64,000 bases of DNA from Eledone cirrhosa (Eukaryota): positions 109,864,001 to 109,928,000 of the forward strand of contig OZ024742.1 of the NCBI GenBank assembly GCA_964016885.1, read 5' to 3'. Positions 43,606 through 60,950 of the stretch are shown piece by piece; position 1 is the first letter of the stretch, and each line of letters starts with the position of its first letter. The position numbers and the translations under genes are program-made. The notes below the pieces were generated by a model. It saw only the letters and a list, made by a program, of their open reading frames with translations, had not been told where the DNA came from and did no database searches.

Positions 43606-46600
43606 TGTATGTATGTATGTATGTATGTATGTATGTATTAAAGGTTGAAAGTTACTTCAACATAAAAATTGACTTTGAAAGTATAAGGCTGATAATTGAA
43701 TGTAAAAAGATTGATAAGAAAGGCCCCAAAAAAAACTTTACAGGTCTTTGTATGTATGTGTGTATTTTTATGTCGAAAATAAAGGGTTAAAGTTACTTAT
43801 ACAGAAAGATATAGTTTGAAAGTGTAAGGCCGATTGAAAAACTTAGTTTAGTAAATGAAAGTCAGCTTCGAAATGGAGTTTGAACGCGCTAATACAAACA
43901 CACACACATATATCCGTCTTTTAGTGTGTCTGTTTGTTTCTCTTTCCCTCTTTATCATAATATGCTATTGTTATTTCTAAAACAAACTGTATATGCGTTG
44001 ATTGATTGAAATTCCCGCGTTCCTGTTTCTATGACGTCAATCGTAACCATACCAACATATATGTGTGCGTATGCACCCACATATATGTGTGTATATGTTT
44101 TTTTTCAATGTTTCTCTTTTTCACAAACACTTATAAGAGAAGGTAGCAATTTTAAGGGGAGGTGATGAAGGGAGTAGATATAGGAAACGTATATCATATG
44201 AGAGAGGAGAAATCATCGATTGTTGTAATAAATCGATTTTTCCGTAATTGGGGCATTTTTTTACCCAATAAGGTCGCCCATGACCCAAGTTAGAATATTT
44301 GTAAACATTCTGCTTAATTATTCATTCAATATTTTTGGAATTGTGTAAATGGATAAAATTGAAACATACATACAGACACAAAAATCTGCCTTTTATAGAT
44401 AATGAAAACTCTGATATAACACCTGCAACTCTGATGGTATCCAATGATGTTGACTTGTTCTTTTTGGTAAATATCATCTTGGTTAAGAGAGTGGAACTGG
44501 CTTTGTGCAGTGCCTTTGCTCACTATAAACGCTTCACGGCACAGGCATTGCTTTATATCTGGAGATCTCTCTGCACTTGTCGTCACATGGTACCAAGGGC
44601 CCAGCACTATGTGTCAATAATTGTCACAAGTGTAGTGTTTGTACCAGAGTTTTCAAGTCGCTGGCTGGACTAAAAAGTCACACTCGTTCAGCGCATCGGT
44701 AGGAGTTCTCCTACATGGTTATAAAGTAGTGGCCGTACTCGAAAATGAGTTGGCAGCCACCATGTATGTATGTATGTATGTATGTATGTATGTATGTATG
44801 TATGTATGTATGTATGTATGTGTATGCATGCATACATGACTAATTGAATGTACATGACTAAATTGAATGTACGCATGTTTGCGTCTGTTTCTTTTTCTCT
44901 TTTCTTGTTCGCGACAGTTTTTTGTACGTTTTTACTGTTTTCTCTATCAATGGCAGCCCACTCCTTAATCCTTTTCTATTTCCAACGTCCGCCCAGCTTA
45001 TACTATTCGTCATACACACTTGAATTGTTACTCCAATATTCAGTTACGTGATCAGCAACACGTAGTACGTAATATATGCACTTAACCTTCCGTCGGTGTT
45101 GATGATGGGTGTTTGAAAACCGGAACAGCTTGCTCGTGAAATTAACGTGTAAACGGATGAGCTTTTCACAGACACGTGCATCATTAACGTAGTTAAAGAT
45201 GCTCGTGTCTGATCAACTAAGGCGGTACCCCAGCATAGCCGAAACTAGTTAAAGAATAAAAGAGTATTACATCACTGAAACTAGTAAAAGAATAAAAGAG
45301 TATTACAATGGCTTCTCTACTGCTAACGTTTGATGAAATTCATGAAAAAGAATTTTGAGGGGTTTACTGAAATTATTATATCAATACTCAGACTAGCATA
45401 AAAACCACCCTTCGGGTGGTTTTCTGCTAGAATGTGTAGTGTGCATATTGATATTATGCGCAAGTATATATGCATGTAGATATGATACATCAAATAAAAT
45501 CGTAATTGACAATATACACAGAAATTGAACGAAGACTGTGTTACACTGTCTTATGTAATCAATAACGTAATCCATGATACATTAAAAAAGGACGATATTA
45601 TATATAAACTGCATTAGGAGAAAATTAGTGACGGAAATATATGAATGTTTATTTAAGCGATCGCTAACCGGAAGTGTTGACATTTGAAAATTTTAAAGAA
45701 GTGAATCTTAAAATAAGCAACAAAATTATTTATATTTAATCAAGAATAACGAAATTTAGTAGATAAATTATGTAATATTCATTCATTATTTATTCAAAGC
45801 AATCCAACTTATTTTACAAACGGGATAAAAATAAAATATTCTGGACGCAGTCCCACACTCCTTACTTTATTATAGTTTAGATAGTAATTTAACAAATGGT
45901 TATTATGTAAAATTATGTTGCAAGATTTAATTTCAATAGAAATTTATTGAAATGGGTGATTTATTTCATAGAACCAAAGCAGAGTTCAAAAGGGATAATG
46001 AATAATTTTTAGGGATTTTCTAAAATTATTAAATATATGATTGCTGAGATAGTAACTTAACATATGGTTCTTTTATAAAATTATGTTAGAATATTTTAAT
46101 TTAAATAGGAATCCTAGAAAATGGGTGTTGTTGTTCCATAGAAGCAGATCCTGTTCTGGCCGGATTTATATCGAAAGAGTTATAACGCCTTCTTTCTTAA
46201 TGGCAACATCTAAATCCAGTTCAACCAGTTACATGGTCAGGTTATGACATCTCACATCAAACCAGACTGGTAAGAAACGTTGTTAGAAACTCAGCAAGAC
46301 AAAACAATACATGTCAGAAGAACGGTCTAACCCAACGTTTTGTCATTGACATGAGTATAAGTGTGTTATCTTTTTATTTGCGTATATAGATATAGTGTAG
46401 TTGAATTTCGTAATAAATATCCAAATAGGTAGAGCATTTGATCCGGGCACAAATGGCCGAACTGATGAGCTGGGAGAGTCTTAGCTCCTGCTAGGGAAAT
46501 AGATGTTTTCGGATAATGTATTTTTGAAGAGTGTTGTTTATCTAAGTTGCTAATTTGTAACTTCCTGATGATAAGCAGATCCTAGTGTTCCAAAGTACTA

Positions 46601-46708
46601 CAATGACGGCGTATTCATTTACCAGATAATGGGAGTTAAGACAGAGTTAAATCACCATAATTGTAATTTACATACATTTATGGTAATTTAACCCCGTCTT
46701 AACTACCA

Positions 46709-49700
46709 CTAGCAGAGGTACCCGGCGTTGCCCGGTATAACTCTCAATGGAGTAGTCGTTCAAATCAACCGAAAGACTTCCGTTAAACACGACTATAGAA
46801 GTAACAATTTATAGGCGTTGGCCCTGAAGAGGGCATTTGAACGTTCACTTTGAAATATCTCTGCGGTGGTGCTGCCAGCAAAGACGAATCCGATGGTAAC
46901 AATTTAAAGTTGGTGGCCCTAAAGAGAGCCTTGGATCGTTCAATCTTAAAAATCTCAGCGGCAGTGCAGCCAGCAAAGACGACTTCGATTAGAGGTGGTG
47001 GCCTTCACACCACTTTGGTGTGTCGTATTTGCTTTGCTTGTTATTTGAGATTGTAACCTAGAAAAGCATGTAACAGTCGGTGGCCACAAAAACGGCCTTG
47101 GTAAGATCCCGCTGGAATGTCAAAAAAATGTGTAAATAAGATGTAGGGAAAAGTAGATTAATTAGGTTAAAACTACGGAACATCGATAGCAAAGCGTAAT
47201 AGCAACATATAAATGTGGAAAACGGAGACATTGAACATTTATAACGTATAGCAAAAGTAACCTCAGAGGCGTACGTGGTATTGTCAAAAGGACAAAAATA
47301 GCACACGGATACAGCAAATGTAAGCACTTATAAAACAAAACAAAACAAAACAAAAAAAAAAAACCAGCGATTACTTGTTGGCGGATGGGGTGCCTACAAA
47401 ACTTCCTTATAGACTATATTTTGGGTTTTCTCGCGAGTTGCAAAAGCAAATAAGTTATGCCGGCTCCCCACTCGAGAGCAGCCAACATATAGTTGACCAA
47501 GGGAGAAGCACGGTTCTTCTAAATTAAGCCCTCCGACCGTCAGCGTCTGACCCTGTGATTTGTTAATTGACATGGCGAAACTGAGCGGAAGAGGGAATTG
47601 CAGCCTTCTGAATGTGAAAGGAATGTCTTTACCGGATGGAATGAGAGGTATCCTTGGTATGAAGACAGTATCCCCCTTACCACATCCTGTAAGTATTGTT
47701 GCCTCAATAACATGAGGCACCGCCTTTTGGACGACCAGACGCGTGCCGGGGTTCCAAATTCCTGAGGAGCATGACAGGAGCACCTTTCTTAAGTCGCAGT
47801 AAGTGTAGTGGCAATCTAGGAGAGTCTAGGGAGTTAAGAAATTGTGTGGGGTAATTAACAACTTCGTCCGGATCAAACATAGAGTCAAGGGACTTGTAGA
47901 CGTGCAGGTTCACTATCGTGAATTGCAAGTCCTAGAAATGTCACGTAATGATGATCGCCGCTGTTCACTTTGCAGAAGTCGGCCACGTCGTTGCTCTATG
48001 TATTTCATACAGCAGTAGTGGCAGCGGCGGCACTGCTTCGTCGAACGGCGCGTCGTCCTTCATCCTCTCGCGCGTGAGCAGCGGCTGTTGCAGTGGCGTC
48101 CCTGCTTCGTCGAACGGCACGTCGTCCTTCATCCTCTCGCGCGTGAGCAGCGGCTGTTGCAGTGGCGTCCCTGCTTCGTCGAACGGCGCGTCGTCCTTCA
48201 TCCTCTCGCGCGTGAGCAGCGGCTGTTGCAGTGGCGTCCCTGCTTCGTCGAACGGCACGTCGTCCTTCATCCTCTCGAACGCGAGCAGCAGCAGTCGCGG
48301 CAGAATCTGTGTTCCATCGAAGTTCACGCCGACTGTCATCCTCCTTCGCTCTTGCAGCTGCCATCTGCACAGCATTCTGTGAGAGCCTGATCGCAGTCGC
48401 ATTTACATCTTCGGTGAGACGCCTTCGCTTATACCTACTTGCATCATTAGATAATCTACCAATTAAAGTTCTTTTCTTGGGTGGAATTGTTTTTAGAAAA
48501 TTAACGAGGGAGAACGATAAATAGTGGACAAAAAAAAATGAGAAAGTGGGTATGTTTTGCAAGATTTTGTGTACCAGTCAAATTTCAGGTTTTAAGTTAG
48601 GGGTAACGCAGCGTACGGACTACCTGTGATAAAGGAAATTAAATAGTGTGGCTACAGTGGTAGGTATATACGTGTCAATATGTTTGTTCAGTTCAAATAT
48701 AGCAATAAGTAAGTACTAACCATTGAAAGGATACAGGCAAAAATGGCCGAAAAATCACAGCATGATAAACTGGAACCTTATGACCATAAACACATTAACT
48801 AAACCTCCTTTAAGGTGACAAATGTTGAAGAAGCATGCGTTTCAGAAACATTGGGTAGCTTATGCGAGTACGCATGTAAAAAAAACCTACCACTTGTCAA
48901 AAGCCAAAAAAGAAGTGTGATCCTAGGTCGGACTTGACCGATATAAATAGGAGTGAGAGGTCCTCTTGCTGAATTGAAATGAAAGTAAGTGTGCCTCATT
49001 GTATCTTCATCTGTAGTACATGAATAACAACTAAGTCGAAATTCGTTTTATTGGACTACCAATTATCGAAGCTATAACGCTTTGCTGCATTACACTAGTC
49101 AAATTCAATAAATACTCGCCGGGGCTTACTGCCCCTAGGGGTCCCCTTGCTTGTTCCGGTTATAGACAGTGTCTTCAACATCATCTTTAGGCAATGGGTA
49201 ACCAATGTGTCCGGTAAAGTTAAAATTGAACGTAAACTTCAAAAGTTATCAGTACTAATACAGTGTTAATGTGAACTTCAATAGAAAAGTCGAAGGGGCT
49301 TATATCCCCCCCCCCCCCCCCCCCCCGAGGTCCCCTTGATAAATTCAAGTAAAAGTTCAGGTATTCACCTTGCTTTATAAACTATGGGTTCCAATACGTC
49401 TCGCTTCGTGAAAACCAAACACCAACTCAGGCAGTTATGACGTTTTGTTGCATTGATGATATCAACTTCAACATTCATCAATTCGGTTTACTGCCCCACA
49501 AGGGGCCCCCCATCTGAATTTCTGCGCAAGTGCATGCCTGAAAATTTATTTGTAGGCCATAAGCAAACAAAAGATTAATTTTGGTGAAGATGGGAGGCAA
49601 ACTGCAGGAATTTTGGGGCCTTTATGCAGTAGTACTGCTGACTCCAAGCGAGAGGCTTAAGGGGGTTACCTGCCCCTGGGGGACCCCACAATCGACCCAC

Positions 49701-49752
49701 ACAATGCATGCGGTTACACAGACAGACATCTTCTGTTTTATATATATATAGA
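46709..49752 (-). mobile_element. Second internally deleted Helitron
   Basis: A|TC at 49752, hairpin + CTAG|T at 46709; helicase C-terminus 47394-47905 (FIPRIPL, RLQFP..LSFAMSINKSQGQT, GQLYVGCSRV); N-terminal region 48005-48490 with 60-bp tandem repeats. Confidence 0.88.
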
Positions 49753-50305
49753 TTATTTGATGGTAGATTGGCAGTATCGGTAGAGCGTCGGACACCATGC
49801 TTGCAGCATAGAGTTATAGCCCTTTACGTTCTGAGTTCAAATCCCGCCGAGGTTAACTTTGCCCTTCATCCTTACGGGTCGATAAAATAAAGCACAGTAA
49901 TGCACTGGGGGTAATTGCTGGTCTTGTGCCAAGAAACAATTATATATATATATAAATATGGTGTTCCGAAGGGTTTCGGAGAAAAACAGTTTTATAAGGT
50001 ACTCAATACGTCAGTAGATGTAAGGCTAGGATGTCGGAAGTGAATGGCTAGTGTGTGACATCAGACTTCGCAGGCCTTTTCGCGCCCTCATTGGTCAGGA
50101 TGCAGTAACGTTTGTACGTGCATGTTCGTGTGTGAGAGACTCGCTATACTCTTTGGCCGGACGTAAAACAGGGTTATATCCGCACAGGGAAATTCAGGCC
50201 GGACTCGAGTGGAGACGCAAAAGTAGGTACCTTCGTTTCCTTACCACAAGCTAATTCAGCATCGTTTTATTATTATTATTTACTTTCTCCGATCTTGCAG
50301 ACGAC

Positions 50306-50857
50306 ATGACGACGAAAATAAGAATAAGTAGCGATGCTGTCAACACTTTCAGCGGCGAGGGGGATGTTATCGCCTGAATTAGAAAGATGAAATTGGTCGC
50401 CACACTGCAAGGCATCAAAAATGCGGCTGGCCCCATGGCAGTGTATCTAGAAGGTGACGCATTAGCATTATACCTCGAAATTGACCAGTCAGACCAATTG
50501 AACGAGGAGAAGTTAGGGCAACACGTTAAAGAAGAATTCACTAAAGGACATTATGCTGCTTTCGCCAAGCTAGGCAAAGTGAGATGGACTGGAGAGCAGA
50601 TGGACATATTTGCGGCAGAAATCTAGAGGTTAACTACGCTAGTCGAATTCACAGGGGAGAATATCGAAAGGGCCGTGCAGATGGTGTTTGTGAACGGTTT
50701 ACCCGACAAAAATTCGCTGATTCTCCTACAGTTGCGAGGCAACAACAAAATTGTCATGAGCGAGCTAATCACACAGGCCCGCGTAGTGACACGAGGCCTT
50801 GAGCGAAATGTTGCAGCCTTAGCGGCGACGGAAGCCCATTGCAGTCGCTGCTCGTAG
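50306..50857 (+). pseudogene. Degraded gag-like ORF of an LTR (Gypsy-type) retrotransposon
   Basis: FSGEGDVIA*IRKMKLVA.LQ....YLEGDALALYLE...W.GE..D.FAAEI*RL...FVNGLP; two in-frame stops. Confidence 0.65.
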
Positions 50858-51267
50858 TGGAAGTTCTAAGAGAATAAGCATATTTATTTGATAAAGAAAT
50901 GACTTCTACAGTTCTAGTCTCGGCGAAGTCGAGTGGTAAGAAACTCTCAGGAGAGCTGGACATCAGATGGTCTTCGGCGAAGAAACCGTCTGCTAATATG
51001 CAAATCAGGCCGATCAGTCACTGTGTATTTTTGAAAATAGCATATATTTTCACTAGTTCTACCAGTTCGGCAGGTGAACAGTGAGCTGTTATGATGAAGG
51101 GTGATACCCAATAACATTAGTGTCTGCAGTTCTGTTCACATGCCAACACAAGAGCAAGAATGAAGGGTTAATTCTACTGACTTGGCTATAACATTGAGGC
51201 TTGTTTGCATAATTGCAAACGAATCGAATGTTATTATTAATATTCGAAAAACTCAGATTACATTTAT

Positions 51268-51309
<42 letters not shown>

Positions 51310-52532
51310 CGCGTGCGCGCGCGCGTGCGTGTATTTATGTATCTATGTGTGTGTACATGTATATATATATATTCCCAATATTCCCAACAACGTTTCAATA
51401 TTATCCATGTAGCATCTACTCTACTAATACTGTCCTCATTTGCTGAAACAGCTAACTTAATGCCTCCAGGATTTATTTCAAGCCCCAAAACACATCAATA
51501 AACATCAATAAACATCAATAAACCCCGAAAAGTTCACATTCCTAAAATTTATCTCGGCTTAGGTTTCGGAAATTTTCGTAACTCAGTTTTGAGAATAAAG
51601 TCGGCACCTGTTTTTCGAATTTTGATAACATTGCAGTAGCCTTTTCATTAACCAAGATTATGCAAATAACACTTGCACATGTTGTCACGCAATGGGATCG
51701 AACCAGGAAACTAATGATTGTGAAGCGAACTTCTTAATTTGACTATCGTTAAAATATAATCTGTAGAAGATTACATAGTTGATATAAAACCTGGGAGAGA
51801 TATCTCGCTTCGCCTTAATCTTTGTGGTGTTATGTAAGCTGTTCTCTGCTATTTTCTAAGCTTCGGTGATGGTCATACTCATTGAACGAGTGGGGGGCTG
51901 TCCTGCTTGAGTGTGTGAAGGCGCATGGCTTAGTGGTTAAGGTGTTTGGCTTACGATCGTAAGGTCATATGTTCGATTCTCGGTGGTATTGCGTCCTTGA
52001 GTAAGACACTTTATTTCACGTTGCTCTAGTCCATTAAGATGGGGAGAAAAATGAGTCGTATCTGAGATAAATGGCCAGCCTTGTCACAGAATCTATCACT
52101 CCGAATCTTCCTGAGAACTATGTACGTTACTGGAACACATCTGTGGACTGTTCAGCTGACTGAAACAACTAGAACACATTCCGACGGGGGTTCAACAGTC
52201 TGTCATCTCTTTGTGTGTATGTGTGTGTGTCCGTGTGTGTGTGCATCCATTCCATATTTAATAAATATTAATTAATCAATTTAATTTAGGGCAGCTGTAG
52301 AGCTGAGTTCAATGGTAGCGCCGGTCGTTAGGTGTGACCTGAAATTGGAGCCTCGCGAGAAAAAAACATGTATACATGTACACATAGATACTTTAAAGAG
52401 GCTGTTTGCATAATTGCGAACGAATCAAATATTATTATTAATAGTTGAAAAACTCAGATTACATTTACACACACACACATATATATGTATAGAATTCGAT
52501 ATGTATATAATGCTTCAAGTAAAATACAAATT

Positions 52533-52568
<36 letters not shown>

Positions 52569-52585
52569 GTTTCACGGAAATATTC

Positions 52586-52624
<39 letters not shown>

Positions 52625-52986
52625 GATTTTGAGTTTATGTTGGTTGTATACCAATACCTCAGTATGCAGGCTGGAGCACTCGACGAAGTGCGCAGGTTGG
52701 TTTGGTTACTCCGGAGTAGTGTAAAATAAAGTTAAATAAAAGTCAAATGATTAAAATTTAGCTTCGTTTATTACTGCTATATATATTTCAGTGACAGCCA
52801 TCTTTGGCTGTGACCTCTTCAGGCAGTTTGAATTAGTATGGTATAGACAAGTACATACTTGTCTATACCATACTAATTCAAACTGCCTGAAGAGGTCACA
52901 GCCAAAGATGGCTGTCACTGAAATATATATAGCAGTAATAAACGAAGCTAAATTTTAATCATTTGACTTTTATTTAACTTTATTTT

Positions 52987-52990
<4 letters not shown>
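52625..52990. mobile_element. Fold-back insert with two opposed HHRs (52882-52936 +, 52773-52827 -); related to the 31677 HHR
   Basis: Perfect ~130-bp arms centred ~52855; ACTGC-CTGAAGA-..ACAGCCA aaga TGGCTGT..-GAAA-TATATA-TA-GCAGT. Confidence 0.88.
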
Positions 52991-57470
<4,480 letters not shown>

Positions 57471-59282
57471 ATATATATATATATATATGTATGTATATAT
57501 ATATATATATATGTATGGGCATAGGTTAAGTTTAACGTCCTCGAAAATGAAACTATGTCAGAAAACCTAGTTTCATTTTCGAGGACGTTAAACTTAACCT
57601 ATGTCAACAATTGTTATCAACACTTATTGCAACATTGTCGTTGAAATGAATATTCAAGCTCAGTAAAATATTTCTGGATATCTATACTTGTGTGTAATAC
57701 GACTCCTCATTTTGCTCCTAATTAGTTAAAATTTTTATCGTTTTATAGCCGAGTCCAATAAATACCCTTTATATCAACAGAGAGAGAGAGAGCGCGCGCG
57801 ACTAAAACGGAGAAAAAGAAGAGAAAGACAGATAAATAACAGTTAAATGTTTCTGTTGTTGAATCTTATAATAATTTCCATGAATTGGAAAATCTGCTGC
57901 CATCAATTTTTTAAAATTCTTTATTAATGGTTGAGATAATTAATTACAATTTAATAGACAAAAAAAAAAAATAGGTTGAGAAGAAAGAATGCAATGTAAA
58001 ATAAGAAAATATAAAAACGGAAAAAGACAGGAAAGGCAAGGCCTCTAGTTTCACAGAATGGGGGTGGGTGGGCTGTGGAAGATCTTATTTATGGTTGGTA
58101 GATCTTTGGCACTATATTGCACATTTAGCCTCGGTAGTTTTTTAACATTCAATTTTAATAAATAAACTTAGTCCGATTGACAGAACACACAGCCAATCAG
58201 AACACTTGTAATTGAGAATTAGAATTCAGAATTTGATCAACATAGTCCGATAGAGTGACAGATCACATAGCCAATCAAAACAGACTGCTATACCTCAAGC
58301 TGTGTGAACCATTTCTCACACCATTCTTCCTTTACAGTAGTTACAGCAAATCGTTAAAAAAAAAGCCGCAAAACCAGCCTAGTAACCATAATTGCTCCCA
58401 CTCAACAAACAGTTCAGCTATATATATTGCCGATAAATGTCACACGTCACATCTATGGGATTACACACGTGTGTGTGTGTTGGACCATTGTCGGTTCTGA
58501 CAACAATTGCCTGGTAATTTTTCATGACAATTAACGTAATTGTCATGGAGATTCTGTGTGACACAGCTAGTCCTTTGGATTTTTTCTAGCTGAGTATACT
58601 GAAGCATGGTGAAATAAAGTATCTTATTCAGGGACATAACGCGCCATCGGGAATAGAACTCATGACCGTGAGACGAACACTAACCATTAAGACACGTCTT
58701 TATCAGTCGCAATATGTATGTGGACATGCACACGAACATAGACAGTCTGCATCTGGATATCTAGCGCCCTATACTAGCTCTACAATGTACACTCTTTTAC
58801 CCAGTTATGCGCCTAAAATAATTTCATCTTACAGTTTGGCAAACGGACAAACCCAGTTTTTGACATTCCTTGACCTAACTACAATAATGATTTCTATTAT
58901 AGGCACAAGGTCAGCAATTTAGGGAGAGGGGAAAGTCAATTAAATCGACCCCAATGCGTTACTAAACCAGTATTTTCCACTATACAATCGACATTCATCC
59001 ACGCCAAATAATGTGACATTATAATACCATACGACCTTCACTACTTTTGCATATTTCCACAATGCAGCTACTCTCGGGTCTCGAATAATCGTCCCCCTTT
59101 CCACCTCCCGCTTATTAATTTTTCAGATTTTTTCCACGCACTCCGCTCTTATTCAACTACCCACCACCCCACTTATTAATCTTAGCTAATCTATCTCCGG
59201 CGAAATTTTATTTTAAATGGTAGCATTCCTAGACCTTAAAACACATTATACATGACAAAAGAGCACATTACTAGAAATCTCA

Positions 59283-60473
59283 TCTATATATATAAAACTG
59301 TGGTTGTCTGTCTGTCTATCGATTTTTGGCACACATCTCCTCTTAGAATCTCTCACGGAATTGCACCGAAATTGCTATACTTGTACATTGAGCCCTAGCG
59401 AAGACATCGGAAAAAAAAAATTTCAAATTGACCCACCCTATGTGACGAAATCGAATATAATGTATCGATTTTTGAGCGTAAGTGATCAGTTATTTCCCTT
59501 TGTTCTGTTTACATTGAGCGTCTGCGTGCAAAAATTAAAAAAATTACGCTGGCTTTCTCAGCGTTTAAAATGACATTAACACAATAATTTTTACTTGAAA
59601 ACAAGTCTATTTAAAGACTACGTAAAACAAGCAAATATTTCGTAAAAAAAAGCAAAAATTATATAAGTTTATTTAAAATATATGTATCTGTAAATTTCGT
59701 TAGGCGTGCAGTCAGTTTTATATATATAGATGATAAACAATAATATCCTCTATGAGGTCACTAAACCTGCTAGAAACAGCAGCTAACTCTCCCTCATATC
59801 ACACCCCTCCCTACTGTCTTAAATTTAGAAAACATATCCTCTATGAGGTCACTAAACCTGCTAGAAACAGCAGCTAACTCTCCCCCATATCACACCCCTC
59901 TCTACTGTCTTAAATTTAGAAAACATATCTTCTATGAGGTCACTAAACCTGCTAGAAACAGCAGCTAACTCTCCCTCATATCACACCACTCCCTACTGTC
60001 TTAAATTTAGAAAACACATATCCTCTACGAGGTCACTAAACCTGCTAGAAACAGCAGCTAACTCTCCCTCATATCACACCACTCCCTACTGTCTTAAATT
60101 TAGAAAACACATATCCTCTATGAGGTCACTAAACCTGCTAGAAACAACAGCTAACTCTCCCTCATATCACAACCCTCCCTACTGTCTTAAATTTAGAAAA
60201 CACACAGACAACCATGCAGAACAACTCCATCGCAGCTCTGTTGTTCGGCTGGCATCGTCTACTCGCGTGTTGCGCAAGTACTGTGAAACAATAAATTTCA
60301 ACACTTTTTTGCACAGAGATAATATCCATAGGCGAAACTACAATTGTCACTGCTGGCGCAGCTCATGCTTCCAGGTCTGCAATTCATTCACCCAGTGCCT
60401 GGCAGACAAAAAAGTGCTGCAACCTAACTTTGGTAACTTAATGACCCCGAGCAACGCCGGGCTTTAATGCTAG
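59283..60473 (+). mobile_element. Non-autonomous (possibly composite) Helitron carrying a 91-93 bp x5 tandem repeat (59743-60202)
   Basis: A|TC at 59283; CCCGAGCAACGCCGGG hairpin + CTAG|T at 60473. Confidence 0.72.
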
Positions 60474-60950
60474 TACGTTATAAAATAAATTGAATGGGTT
60501 GGGGTGGATGTTGCAGCGGGATTTGCTGGCCAATGTCCGCAGAAACTCATTTACAGTTTACCCCGCCCTAGGCATAGAGCCCATCACCCTCTCACCTTCT
60601 CCCTGTCTTTCTTCCGTGGCCCAAGAGTTCTTGCTTTCGCCCCTCCTTTTCCTCTACTTTTCCATACCCAGATCTGCCCTTCTTTACTCTTTCCTCCCTC
60701 TTTTCATTGCTTGATTTTGTTTTTATCTTTCTTTTTCATACATCCATCAATTATATAACTTCTTTTTGTAAAATATAGTTGACACTAGCAGAATGGCCCG
60801 GCGTGCGCTCGGGATTTGCTCTAGGGTTCTTATATATTTGATATATATTTATCCTTATCGAGCCTCGTGAAATAAATACGTTTGTTTATATTTTGTTATT
60901 GTGTATGCAAAAATATCTGTACACGAATATATAATTATATATATATATAT

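Larger units (their letters stand above)
41080..44399 (-). mobile_element. Internally deleted Helitron (N-terminal RepHel segment + Pif1 helicase; Rep domain missing)
   Basis: A|TC at 44399; hairpin CCCGAGCAACGCCGGG + CTAG|T at 41080; coding remnants inside. Confidence 0.88.

Noticed and set aside
59934-60467. 177-aa repeat ORF; also 26048-26560 and 47948-48402 ORFs
   Set aside because: Products of tandem repeats or alternative frames inside transposons, with no recognisable domain
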